A stretch of DNA of 64,000 bases, from positions 1,664,001 to 1,728,000 of the forward strand of contig CAXXLQ010000004.1 in assembly GCA_963668695.2 (NCBI GenBank). Direction: 5' to 3'. This document shows positions 47,916 to 57,092 of this stretch, one piece after another. Within the stretch, counting starts at the first letter, position 1. Each line of letters opens with the position of its first letter. Position numbers and translations under genes: made by a program. Source of the DNA: Vicinamibacteria bacterium (lineage in GTDB: Bacteria > Acidobacteriota > Vicinamibacteria > Marinacidobacterales > Marinacidobacteraceae). The notes under the pieces were generated by a model, which did no database searches, was not told the DNA's origin, and was given only the letters and a program-made list of their open reading frames with translations.

Positions 47916-48120
47916 CTAGCAGCCTGTGAACAAGGTCGCGCGGCGTTCGAGCGGCGATTCATCCCGGCTGAAACGCGCCGCTTCGCGTCGCTCATCGTTG
48001 CGCTTCGGTCGAAATACGCTCGGGCCAGTTCTCCCGGTGGGGGCTCCTCCCTCGCGCGCCTTGTCAGCCGGGCGCCTCGCCACTCTCGGCGCTCACGCCA
48101 CTTTGCCCACAGGCTGCTAG
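47916..48120 (-). mobile_element. MITE copy (reverse orientation) with one 18-nt insert
   Basis: CTAG-CAGCCTGTG ... CACAGGCTG-CTAG; exact CTAG on both flanks. Confidence 0.85.
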
Positions 48121-48249
48121 CGCGGGGAGGGGGCGTGATCCGGCCCCACGCAGGCAGGAAGCGGGGCGCTGGCAAACCGACGGTCCATCCGGTCAGCGCG
48201 CGGATGACATCCTGATGTTCAATCTATGTGATGCTATGATGCTCCAGTG

Positions 48250-48528
48250 ATGCGAACCACCCTGACCCTCGATGAGGACACGGGCCGAGCCCTGCGGGAA
48301 GCGGCCCGGAACAGCGGGAGATCCTTCAAAGCCGTCGTGAATGAGGTGCTCCGGCGCGGTCTTGCGGTCGGGGAAAAACCGGTGGGGTCGCGGGAGCCGT
48401 TCCGGGTCATTTCTGCGCGGCGGGGATTCGTCCCTGGGGTGGACCCGCTCAAGCTGAACCAGCTCGTGGATGAATTGGAGGTGGATCGGTTTCTCCGGCG
48501 AAACCGCGGGGAGACGTCCGGTTCGTGA
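48250..48528 (+). CDS. vapB: VapB-type (RHH) antitoxin
   Basis: MRTTLTLDED...SFKAVVNEVLRRGL; GTGA overlap with the PIN gene. Confidence 0.85.
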   Translation: MRTTLTLDEDTGRALREAARNSGRSFKAVVNEVLRRGLAVGEKPVGSREPFRVISARRGFVPGVDPLKLNQLVDELEVDRFLRRNRGETSGS

Positions 48529-48953
48529 TCGTCCCCGACATCAATCTGCTGGTCTACGCGTACAACGAGGACGCCCCGTTTCACGACGCGGCGAAAGCCT
48601 GGTGGGAGCGGTGTCTGTCAGGAAATGAGCCGGTCGGTCTTCCTTGGATCGTGATCGTGGGCTTTGCCCGGGTGATGTCGAACCGGAGAGTGCTGGTGGC
48701 CCCGATGGCAGTCGAGGAGACGATGGAGCACTGTAGGGCTTGGCTTCGGCAACCCAACGTGCAGATTCTGAATCCCGGTCCGTCCCACCTGGACGTGCTT
48801 TCCAGCCTGGTGCACGGACCGGCGATCGGCTCCTCGCTCGTTACCGATGCTCATCTCGCGGCGCTCGCCATCGAACACCAGGCGGAATTGCATTCGAATG
48901 ATGCGGACTTCGCGCGTTTTTCGGGATTGCGCTGGCGGAACCCGGTCGCCTGA
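48525..48953 (+). CDS. vapC: VapC PIN-domain toxin
   Basis: PDINLLVYA; TDAHLAALAIEH; SNDADFARF. Confidence 0.95.
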   Translation: MIVPDINLLVYAYNEDAPFHDAAKAWWERCLSGNEPVGLPWIVIVGFARVMSNRRVLVAPMAVEETMEHCRAWLRQPNVQILNPGPSHLDVLSSLVHGPAIGSSLVTDAHLAALAIEHQAELHSNDADFARFSGLRWRNPVA

Positions 48954-49320
48954 CTGGCGCCGGGCTGGCGGGACTCAGTCCAGTGACTTTCATCGGGTTG
49001 ATCTTGCCGTGGCCCGGAAGTCGGACTACGCCCTGCTTGACGAGGACGTCAACGCTTCGTTCGGGGAGTGCAAGGACCGCGAGGACGGGTTGGGACTCAT
49101 CCCAGCGGGCGTCGACGCGGAAGCGTTGGTGGGCCGACGCGATGTCCGCGGCAGCTCCCGACGTCGGTTCACCGCGCTTGCACCGGATAGCGGCGTCGGT
49201 CGAACGGCGCCAGGCCGTCGGCCGGGGAATTCGCCGAGACTGAGGTGGCCCCGGTTACGTAGACGCGTTGGCCCGCGTACCCGATAACCTTTCCATCGCC
49301 TCCAGAGGTGGCTCTTTGCC

Positions 49321-49998
49321 ATGCTGACGTTCTCGGAAGAAGTGTTGCTACTCCTGCTCGATGAGGACGAGGGCATTTTTCTTTCCGTCGGCAAGAACAC
49401 CCTCGAACTTGCGATGGCGGGCGCCGCGATGCTGGAGCTTGCGTTCGCCCGTCGCATCGAAACCGATCTGCAGCGCCTCATGATTCAGGATCGGGCGCCG
49501 ACCGGCGATCCGTTGCTCGACGATGTGCTGGAGCTGATGGCGGATCGCCGTGAGATCGACCAGACCCGGCAGTGGATCGAGATCCTTGCCGCTGAGAAAA
49601 CGGCCTCGATCCAGGAACATGCGCTCGCCAAACTGGTCGAGCGCGGGATTCTGAGACGCGAGGAGAGGCGGCTGTTTCAGGAGACGATCAAGCACCTCTG
49701 GATCTTCCGCTCGCCGCGGTACTTCCTCGTCGATCGGAAGGCGCGCTACAACGCCAGGACGCGGTTTGCGGACGTCCTGATGGAGGGCGAGATTCCGGAT
49801 CCCCGAGATGTCGCGTTGATCTGTCTCGCGGACGCCTGCGGGGTCCTGCACGCGCATTTCGGGGGAGACCTGGAGCGGGTCGCAGCACGGCTGCAGTTGA
49901 TCCGCCGGATGGACCTGATCGGTCGGGAGATCGCGAACGCGATCAGGGCCATTGACCCCTCGGTCATCCAGTCGATGGCTCACCCGCTCGCCCGATGA
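49321..49998 (+). CDS. GPP34/GOLPH3 family protein
   Basis: LTFSEEVLLLLLD...AGAAMLEL...PTGDPLLD...LVERGIL. Confidence 0.85.
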   Translation: MLTFSEEVLLLLLDEDEGIFLSVGKNTLELAMAGAAMLELAFARRIETDLQRLMIQDRAPTGDPLLDDVLELMADRREIDQTRQWIEILAAEKTASIQEHALAKLVERGILRREERRLFQETIKHLWIFRSPRYFLVDRKARYNARTRFADVLMEGEIPDPRDVALICLADACGVLHAHFGGDLERVAARLQLIRRMDLIGREIANAIRAIDPSVIQSMAHPLAR

Positions 49999-50078
49999 TC
50001 CCGACCTCGGGGCCGGCGCCCCGGGCCAAGGGCGGCACGGCTGTCCCCTCGACGGCGCCACGCGGGTAGGAGCCAGCC

Positions 50079-52328
50079 ATGCCAGCGGACTCCCCGGTCG
50101 TCGGTATGGATCCGGTGCAGGTCCTTGCCGACAGCCCGCTTATGCGGGGCGCCGGCCACTCGAGCCTGGATGGTTTGCGCGCCGAACTGGAATCCGTTGC
50201 TCTCGACGAAGACGCGCTCCTCCGACTCGACGGAACCGGAGGCGGTGCGCTCTACTTCGTCGCGTCCGGCCGCCTGGAGATCGTCCAGTCCCTGACGGAC
50301 GGCGGCGCGGTTGGCGACCAGCGGGTACTGGCCACGATCGTCCCCGGCGATGTCGTGAGCGAAATGCGGGCGCCCACCGGCGACGAGGGCGCGGCCGTCC
50401 TCAGGGCCGCTACCGAGGCGCATCTCGTCACGCTCTCCAAGGAACGGTTCGATCGCCACCTCGGCAGGCATCCCGAAATCTCGGGGAGGTTGCGGACGAT
50501 CCTGTCGCCCCGGTTCTACCACCGGGAACTGGTGCGCGTACTGGGGGAGATGTTCGGCGACCTGACGGAAGAACTGCTGGGGGACATCGAGCAGCGATTG
50601 GCCTGGCGGCACGTCGCCCGCGAGGACGTCCTGGTGCGGCAAGGCGAGCCCGCGGAGGGATTGTTCGTCATTGTCAGCGGGCGCCTCCGGGAACTGGCGG
50701 AAACGGGTGGCGGGACCAAGGTGGTCCTCGAAAGCGCTGCGGGTCAGGTTGTCGGGTCGACAAGCGTCTTCAGCGACACGGTGCAAAGCACCACCGTCGT
50801 TGCCGCGCGCGACTCGATGCTGCTCGAGTTTTCGCGCGAGGGCTTTCGCGAACTGGCGGGTCGCTATCCGAAGCTCCACGAATGGCTGGCGCGGCTGTTG
50901 TCCATTCGCCTGCACGGCGTTCTGCACGAGACCCGGCCCCGGCAACCGGGCACCAACATCCTCCTCGTTCCGGCCAGCGACGGCGCGCCGCTGGAGGAAT
51001 TCGCCCGCCAGCTTGCGGAGGCGCTGTCGCGTGGTGCGGCCTGCGCCCTCGTCACCAGCGCGCGGCTGGATGCGCTGCTTGGCGTTGCCGGCATTGCGCA
51101 GGCGCCGGAGGGGAGCCCCGAGGACCTTCGCCTCCGCGCCTGGCTGCAGGGGCAGGAGACGCATCACCGGTACACGATCTACGTGCCCGATCCGACGCTG
51201 ACGAATTGGACCAGGCTCTGCAACCGGCAGGCCGACGAGGTGGTTGCCGTCGGGGTGGCCACCGCCGCACCGGGCTTGACCGAGGTGGAAGCGGAGACGC
51301 TGCGCTCAGAGGGTCAAAGGCGGGCGAAGTCCCGGATGACGCTCGTTCTGCTGCACCCGCCCTCGACCGTGAGACCTCGGGGGACGGAGCGATGGCTGAA
51401 GGAACGACGCGTTGACCGCCATTTCCACCTGCGCGAGAGCGACCGCGGCGATCTTGAGCGTTTTGTCCGGTACGTGTCCGGGAGTGAAGTCGGGCTGGTC
51501 CTCAGCGGGGGCGGTTCACGCGGCTTTGCGCATGCCGGGGTCATCAGGGCTATTGGTGAAGCCGGACTGCCCATCGACATGATTGCCGGGGTGAGCATGG
51601 GCGCCATCATCGGCGCCGCGTTTGCCTTAACCGAGGACTTCGACGCCAGGGTGCGGTCCCTGAAGGAGCGGTTCAAGAAGGCATTCGGCGACTACACCCT
51701 GCCGTTTGTGTCCCTCACCCGGGGGCGGCGGTTCGACCGGATGCTGCAGTCCGTTTTCGGCGATGCGAACATCGAAGACTTGTGGATCCCTTATTTCTGC
51801 GTATCCAGCAACATCACCCGCGCCGATATCGTCGTGCACCGGGCCGGACCGGTGTGGTGGTCGCTGCGGGCTACCAGCAGCCTGCCGGGGCTGGTGCCTC
51901 CGGTGGTTCACAACGGCGAACTGCTCTACGACGGCTGTTTGTTGAACAATCTGCCGATGGACGTGATGCGAGAGGAGATCAAGGGCGGACGGCTGGTTGC
52001 CGTGGATGTCGTACCGCCCCTGGACGCCGATCTTGGCGCCGTGGGGGAGCCGAGCCCCTCCGGCTGGAGGACTGCCTGGAACCGGATCAACCCCTGGGGT
52101 CCGGCGATCCGGATGCCCGGCATCGTTTCGGTTCTGCAACGCGCCAGCACGCTGGGCAGCATCTACAACCGGCAGCGGATGATCAGCGAGGACATCGCCG
52201 ACCTCTACATCAGACCGCCCGTGGAGCAGCTCAAGATCCTGGACACCAGCGTCGCCGACGAGGCTGATCGCCTCGGTTATGCCCACGGTGTAACCGAGCT
52301 GGCCGCCTGGGCGAGGCATGAGCGGTAG
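50079..52328 (+). CDS. Dual cNMP-binding domain plus patatin phospholipase (NTE/RssA-like)
   Basis: Two CNB-like domains; GGGSRG, GVSMG (nucleophile), DGC (DGG-like). Confidence 0.92.
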   Translation: MPADSPVVGMDPVQVLADSPLMRGAGHSSLDGLRAELESVALDEDALLRLDGTGGGALYFVASGRLEIVQSLTDGGAVGDQRVLATIVPGDVVSEMRAPTGDEGAAVLRAATEAHLVTLSKERFDRHLGRHPEISGRLRTILSPRFYHRELVRVLGEMFGDLTEELLGDIEQRLAWRHVAREDVLVRQGEPAEGLFVIVSGRLRELAETGGGTKVVLESAAGQVVGSTSVFSDTVQSTTVVAARDSMLLEFSREGFRELAGRYPKLHEWLARLLSIRLHGVLHETRPRQPGTNILLVPASDGAPLEEFARQLAEALSRGAACALVTSARLDALLGVAGIAQAPEGSPEDLRLRAWLQGQETHHRYTIYVPDPTLTNWTRLCNRQADEVVAVGVATAAPGLTEVEAETLRSEGQRRAKSRMTLVLLHPPSTVRPRGTERWLKERRVDRHFHLRESDRGDLERFVRYVSGSEVGLVLSGGGSRGFAHAGVIRAIGEAGLPIDMIAGVSMGAIIGAAFALTEDFDARVRSLKERFKKAFGDYTLPFVSLTRGRRFDRMLQSVFGDANIEDLWIPYFCVSSNITRADIVVHRAGPVWWSLRATSSLPGLVPPVVHNGELLYDGCLLNNLPMDVMREEIKGGRLVAVDVVPPLDADLGAVGEPSPSGWRTAWNRINPWGPAIRMPGIVSVLQRASTLGSIYNRQRMISEDIADLYIRPPVEQLKILDTSVADEADRLGYAHGVTELAAWARHER

Positions 52329-53171
52329 CCCGTCCTTCACGACGCGACGGCGCAACAACAGCGCCACCGCCCAAATACTCGTTCCACTGCGCGAAGAGGG
52401 CGGCAAACCGCCACTCTTTCACATCCCCGCGGGTTACGGCGACATGCGTTTCTTCAAGCACGCCGCGGAAGGGCTCGATGAGGGGCGGCCGGTCTACGGC
52501 TTGCAGCCCCCGGGGTCGTCAACGGCGTCCGTGAAAAGCCGCTCGACTGGCTGATATCCGAATACATCAAGCAGATCAAGAGAGTTCAGAAGACCGGACC
52601 CTATTGCTTGTCAGGGTTCTCCGGCGGCGGGTTGCTTGCCGTCGAGACGGCGAAGACGCTGATCGAGGCCGGAGACCGCGTTGCCTTTCTCGCGGTCATC
52701 GACCCGCCTCTCCGGGTGTCGCGCTGTTTGACGCTGTTCTACGTGAGCCTCTACAAGCTCTGCAAGCTGACGCCGACCGCCGACAGAATCCGGTGGCGGA
52801 TCATCCGCCGCTCAGGCAACCGCCTCTTGCGCTGGGTGTCGGACGAGGGCATGCGGACGCACATGGCGATCTTCCGGGATCTCGAGGTCAGGTCCTATCC
52901 CGGCTGCCTGATCTACATCGGCCCCGAAAGGTCGTGGATACGAGGGCTGAACCGGACCCAGATCGGCAGATCCTGGCTCAAGGTCGCGCGGGACGGGACG
53001 GAGGTCCATTGGACTCCCGGCACCCATCATTCGATGCTGTTGCCAGGACATGTGGAACGTGTCAGCGCCATCCTTCGAGATTGCCTCGTGCGCAGCGACG
53101 CCGCCGATTCGGCAACCCGTTCCGGGCTTCCTCGTGACCCTGCCGTAGCGGATCGCGGGTCGCTGACCTGA
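52318..53171 (+). CDS. NRPS/PKS-type thioesterase domain protein, split by a -1 frameshift near 52507-52515
   Basis: PLFHIPAGYG...VYGLQPP continues in the -1 frame as ...GPYCLSGFSGGG...GTHHSML. Confidence 0.75.
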
Positions 53172-53232
53172 GCGGAGCCTGTCGAGGGGTAGCGCGAATC
53201 GCCGCTGCGGCTGCCGCCAGCGGCGCTGCCCG

Positions 53233-53685
53233 TTAGTCCGTCGAGGGCCGGGCGGGGCGCTCTTTGAACTCGAACTCCTGCTGGCAGCACCAGCAGGGCC
53301 CCGGCAGGTGCGAGGTGATGTTGCAGGTGAAGCAGAAGTAGTAGGGCTCGATCGCCTCGCCGTTTTGGATCGTGTGGAGGCGGATGATCTTTCCGAGGCC
53401 GTCCTCCTGCCAGAGGGCGACCTCCAGCGGATGCATGTTCACCCGTTCGTCGGTGAGGATCTCCACCCGCAGGTCCGCCGGGTCCAGCCGGTGGATCGTG
53501 CCGTCGGGGGATTCGATCCCGAATTCCTCGCCGAAAGAGCACTCGGCGACCGGTCCCGGGGCGCCGTCCTTCAGGCAGATCGCGCGTCCGGAAACGATGA
53601 CCTCACGGCCTTCCCGGGCGGCTTTCGCCACGGCGGGTGCGGCAAACAGGAGGAGCGTTGCCCGCAGCGCCTCGCGTCTCTGCAT
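53233..53685 (-). CDS. Exported hypothetical protein with C-terminal CxxC metal-binding motifs
   Basis: RR signal; YFCFTC...PGPCWCC. Confidence 0.7.
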   Translation of the reverse strand: MQRREALRATLLLFAAPAVAKAAREGREVIVSGRAICLKDGAPGPVAECSFGEEFGIESPDGTIHRLDPADLRVEILTDERVNMHPLEVALWQEDGLGKIIRLHTIQNGEAIEPYYFCFTCNITSHLPGPCWCCQQEFEFKERPARPSTD

Positions 53686-53822
53686 CGTCCGCGAAGGCTA
53701 GCAGGGTTGGGGCCGTTGGCGTTCCCTTTGACAGCGGCGCTGAGGGCGGGTGAAGTGGTAGCCGGGGCTCTTGCTTCAAGGCAGACGCCCCGCCCGAATC
53801 CACGAAGAATCAGGAGGCACGA

Positions 53823-56800
53823 ATGAAGTCCAACCCTGCACGTTTCCTGGCCCTCTTGCTGTTGGGGGCTACGTCGGGAGCCGCGCCCGAAGCACCGCAG
53901 TCCTCCGGCGCGGAGAACGTCATCTTCGACCTCGCCGCCTACCAAGCCCTCAAGTACCGCATGATCGGGCCGCACAAGGGGTCCCGGGTCACCGCCGTGA
54001 CCGGAATCGCCGAACAACCCTGGACCTACTTCATGGGGACGAACGGCGGCGGTCTGTGGAAAACGACGGACGCCGGGGAGAGCTGGGTGAACGTCTCGGA
54101 CGGCTACTACACCTCGAGTTCCATCGGCGCGATCGACGTGGCCGACTCTGACCCTGCCGTCGTCTATGTCGGCACCGGCTCGGCCTGCATCCGGGGGAAC
54201 GTCTCCCCGGGGGACGGCATCTACAAGTCCACGGACGGCGGGGATAGCTGGACCCATCTCGGTCTCCGCGACGCCGGGCAGATCGGCCGCCTGGTCGTCC
54301 ATCCCGAGAACCCGGACGTTGCCTACGCGGCGGTCCTCGGCCATGCCTTCGGGCCGAGCGAGATGCGCGGCGTCTTCCGGACCACCGACGGCGGCGCGAG
54401 CTGGGAGAAGGTGCTCTACGTCAGCGAACGGACCGGCGCGAACGACATCGCGATGGACCCCTCGGACCCGAACGTCCTCTACGCCACCATGTGGACCGGG
54501 GAGCGAAAGCCCTGGACCATGATTTCAGGCAGCGAAGAGGGGGGCATTTACAAGACCACGGACGGCGGGGATACCTGGGCGCAGCTCGAAAACGGACTCC
54601 CCACCGGGATGATCGGGCGGACGGGCATCAGCGTCTCCGCCGCGAACCCGAACCGGGTCTGGGCGCTCGTGGAAGCGCGGGACGGCGGCGTCTATCGCTC
54701 GGACGACGCCGGCGCGTCCTTCATGCTCGTCAATGACGACCGTGAACTTCAGAACCGGCCCTGGTACTACATGCACATCGTCGCGGACCCGGTGGACGAG
54801 GACCGGGTGTACGTGGTGAGCCGCTTTTTCCACCGCTCCGACGATGCGGGGGAGACCTTCGATCTCATCGCCACCCCGCACGGCGACAACCACGACCTCT
54901 GGATCAACCCCGAGAACAACGCGGTCCTGATCGAGGGGAACGACGGGGGCGCGAATATCTCCTGGAACGCCGGCAGCACCTGGTCGAGCCAGTTGAACCA
55001 GCCGACCTCCGAGATGTACCGCGTGAGCGTGGACAACCAGTTCCCCTACCGGGTGTACGGCTCGGCGCAGGACAACTGGGAGGTGCTCTCGGTGCCCAGT
55101 CGCTCGGGTCACTACGGAATGCGGCTCCAGCTCCAGCACTGGGACGGCGTCGGCGGCATGGAGGGCGGGGTTGCGGTGATCCGGCCCGACAACCCGGACA
55201 TCGTCTACGCCGGGAGCACGAGCGGCGCCATCACCCGTTACGACCGCTCCACCGGCCAGATCCGCCCGATCAAGGCCTACCCCGAGGTCGGCGGGTTGCC
55301 CGCGAAGCATCTTCGCTACCGCTTCCAGCGGACCGCGCCCATCGTCCTCTCACCGCATGACCCGAACGTCCTCTACCACGCCTCGCACGTGGTCCACCGT
55401 TCCACGAACGAGGGGCAGAGCTGGGAGGTCATCAGCCCCGACCTGACCACCGGTGATCCCGAGAGGATCAACACCTGGGGCGGCCCCATCACCCGGGAGG
55501 TCTCGAGCGAGGAGGTCTACTGCACGATCTTCGCGCTGGCGGAATCGAAGCATTTGCCGGGGGTGCTCTGGGCGGGCACCGACGACGGTCTCGTCCACCT
55601 CTCGCGGGACGCCGGGGAGAACTGGAAGAACATCACCCCGGCGGCTATGCCGGACTCGGGGACGGTGAACATCCTGGAGGTCTCGCCGCACGCGGCGGGC
55701 CGGGCCTTCATCTCGGTGGTCCGCTTCCGGCTCGACGACTTCCGGCCCTACGTGTTCCGTACCGACGACTTCGGCGAAAGCTGGGAACTCCTCACCGACG
55801 GGACGAACGGGATCCCGGCCGACCAGTTCGTGCGGGTGGTCCGCGAGGATCCAGACCGGAAGGGACTTCTCTACGCCGGGACCGAGTACGGGGTGTTCGT
55901 CTCTTTCGACGACGGGGCGCACTGGCAGTCGCTGCAACTCAACTTCCCGGTGGCGCCGGTCACCGACCTGGTGGTCCACGAGAAGGATCTGGTCCTGTCC
56001 ACCAAGGGCCGTTCCTTCTGGATCCTGGACGACCTGTCGCCGCTCCACCAGTTGACGGACGAGGTGGCGGCGTCGGCGGCGCACCTCTTCGCGCCGCGAG
56101 CGATCCACCGGGTGCGAACTGCGGAAGAGGAAGCGGTGGATGAGTACGTGGGCGGCTGGCGGTCGGTCGCGAACCCCCGCGACCTCTACGGCGGCGCCCG
56201 CATCACCCGGGACCGCCAGGGCACGGACTCCCCGAACGGCGCGACGATCTACACCTGGTTCGCGGAGGCTCCCGAAGGCGAAGTGACCCTCGAGATCCTG
56301 GATGCGGCCGGGGAAGTCGTCCGCCGATTCTCCAATCAGGACGATCCGCCGGATCCTTCCGTGATCGCGCGGCCGGAGGCGCCCTTCTTCAAGGAGGAGA
56401 GCGCCTTCTCCCGGGCGGGGCTGAACCGTTTCGTCTGGGATGTGAGGCACGCCTCGGCGTACGGCGGCTCGCCGCTCGGGCCGCTGGTGGTGCCGGGCGC
56501 TTATCAGGTTCGCGTTTCGACTGAGGGTTGGAGCGGAACCCAGCCCATTGAGGTGTTGCCCGATCCGCGGGTCACGACCACCTCCGAGGAGTTCCAGAGC
56601 CAGTTCGATTTGTTGCTGAAGCTGCGCGACCGGATCAGCGACCTCCACCGGGCGGTGGCGGAGATCCGCGAAATGCGGGAGGGGGCGTCCGCGTCCGTCG
56701 CGGACCGGCTCACCATGATCGAGCGCGAGCTGGTGCCGCTCCCCGAGGACTACGACCGCGAGGATCAGGACTACGCCCCGAAGCTGATCCAGCAGCTCGA

Positions 56801-56948
56801 CCTCCTCTACGGCTACGTGGAGGGCGCCGACTCGCAGCCGACGGACGCCGCCTTCGAGCGATTCGACGACCTGGACCCGGTCCTCAGCGGCCTGCTGGAG
56901 GAACTCCGGCGGGTCGTGGAGAGCGCCGACTTGGGGCAGGGGTCCTGA
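53823..56948 (+). CDS. VPS10/sortilin-like BNR-repeat glycosyl hydrolase
   Basis: SD AGGAGG; many S/TxDGGxxW Asp boxes; HGDNHDLWINP; GNDGG. Confidence 0.92.
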   Translation: MKSNPARFLALLLLGATSGAAPEAPQSSGAENVIFDLAAYQALKYRMIGPHKGSRVTAVTGIAEQPWTYFMGTNGGGLWKTTDAGESWVNVSDGYYTSSSIGAIDVADSDPAVVYVGTGSACIRGNVSPGDGIYKSTDGGDSWTHLGLRDAGQIGRLVVHPENPDVAYAAVLGHAFGPSEMRGVFRTTDGGASWEKVLYVSERTGANDIAMDPSDPNVLYATMWTGERKPWTMISGSEEGGIYKTTDGGDTWAQLENGLPTGMIGRTGISVSAANPNRVWALVEARDGGVYRSDDAGASFMLVNDDRELQNRPWYYMHIVADPVDEDRVYVVSRFFHRSDDAGETFDLIATPHGDNHDLWINPENNAVLIEGNDGGANISWNAGSTWSSQLNQPTSEMYRVSVDNQFPYRVYGSAQDNWEVLSVPSRSGHYGMRLQLQHWDGVGGMEGGVAVIRPDNPDIVYAGSTSGAITRYDRSTGQIRPIKAYPEVGGLPAKHLRYRFQRTAPIVLSPHDPNVLYHASHVVHRSTNEGQSWEVISPDLTTGDPERINTWGGPITREVSSEEVYCTIFALAESKHLPGVLWAGTDDGLVHLSRDAGENWKNITPAAMPDSGTVNILEVSPHAAGRAFISVVRFRLDDFRPYVFRTDDFGESWELLTDGTNGIPADQFVRVVREDPDRKGLLYAGTEYGVFVSFDDGAHWQSLQLNFPVAPVTDLVVHEKDLVLSTKGRSFWILDDLSPLHQLTDEVAASAAHLFAPRAIHRVRTAEEEAVDEYVGGWRSVANPRDLYGGARITRDRQGTDSPNGATIYTWFAEAPEGEVTLEILDAAGEVVRRFSNQDDPPDPSVIARPEAPFFKEESAFSRAGLNRFVWDVRHASAYGGSPLGPLVVPGAYQVRVSTEGWSGTQPIEVLPDPRVTTTSEEFQSQFDLLLKLRDRISDLHRAVAEIREMREGASASVADRLTMIERELVPLPEDYDREDQDYAPKLIQQLDLLYGYVEGADSQPTDAAFERFDDLDPVLSGLLEELRRVVESADLGQGS

Positions 56949-56966
56949 CTCAGGATGTCGCCGCCG

Positions 56967-57045
56967 GTAGGGGAACGCCGCCAGTCCTCCCGGTGGGGAC
57001 CTTCAGACCGGCATCGTCCGCCGCCGGCGGGCCAAACCGCGTAGT
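56967..57045 (+). repeat. GTAG-headed REP-like element with an 18-nt oligo insert
   Basis: Similar to 19764-19835. Confidence 0.65.
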
Positions 57046-57092
57046 GCCCACAGCCCTCGAGGTGCCGACGCAAACTCGCAAAGGAGTTCGCT

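Noticed and set aside
48954-49320. Possible gene remnant between vapC and the GPP34 gene
   Set aside because: No convincing start or recognisable motif; cannot be supported
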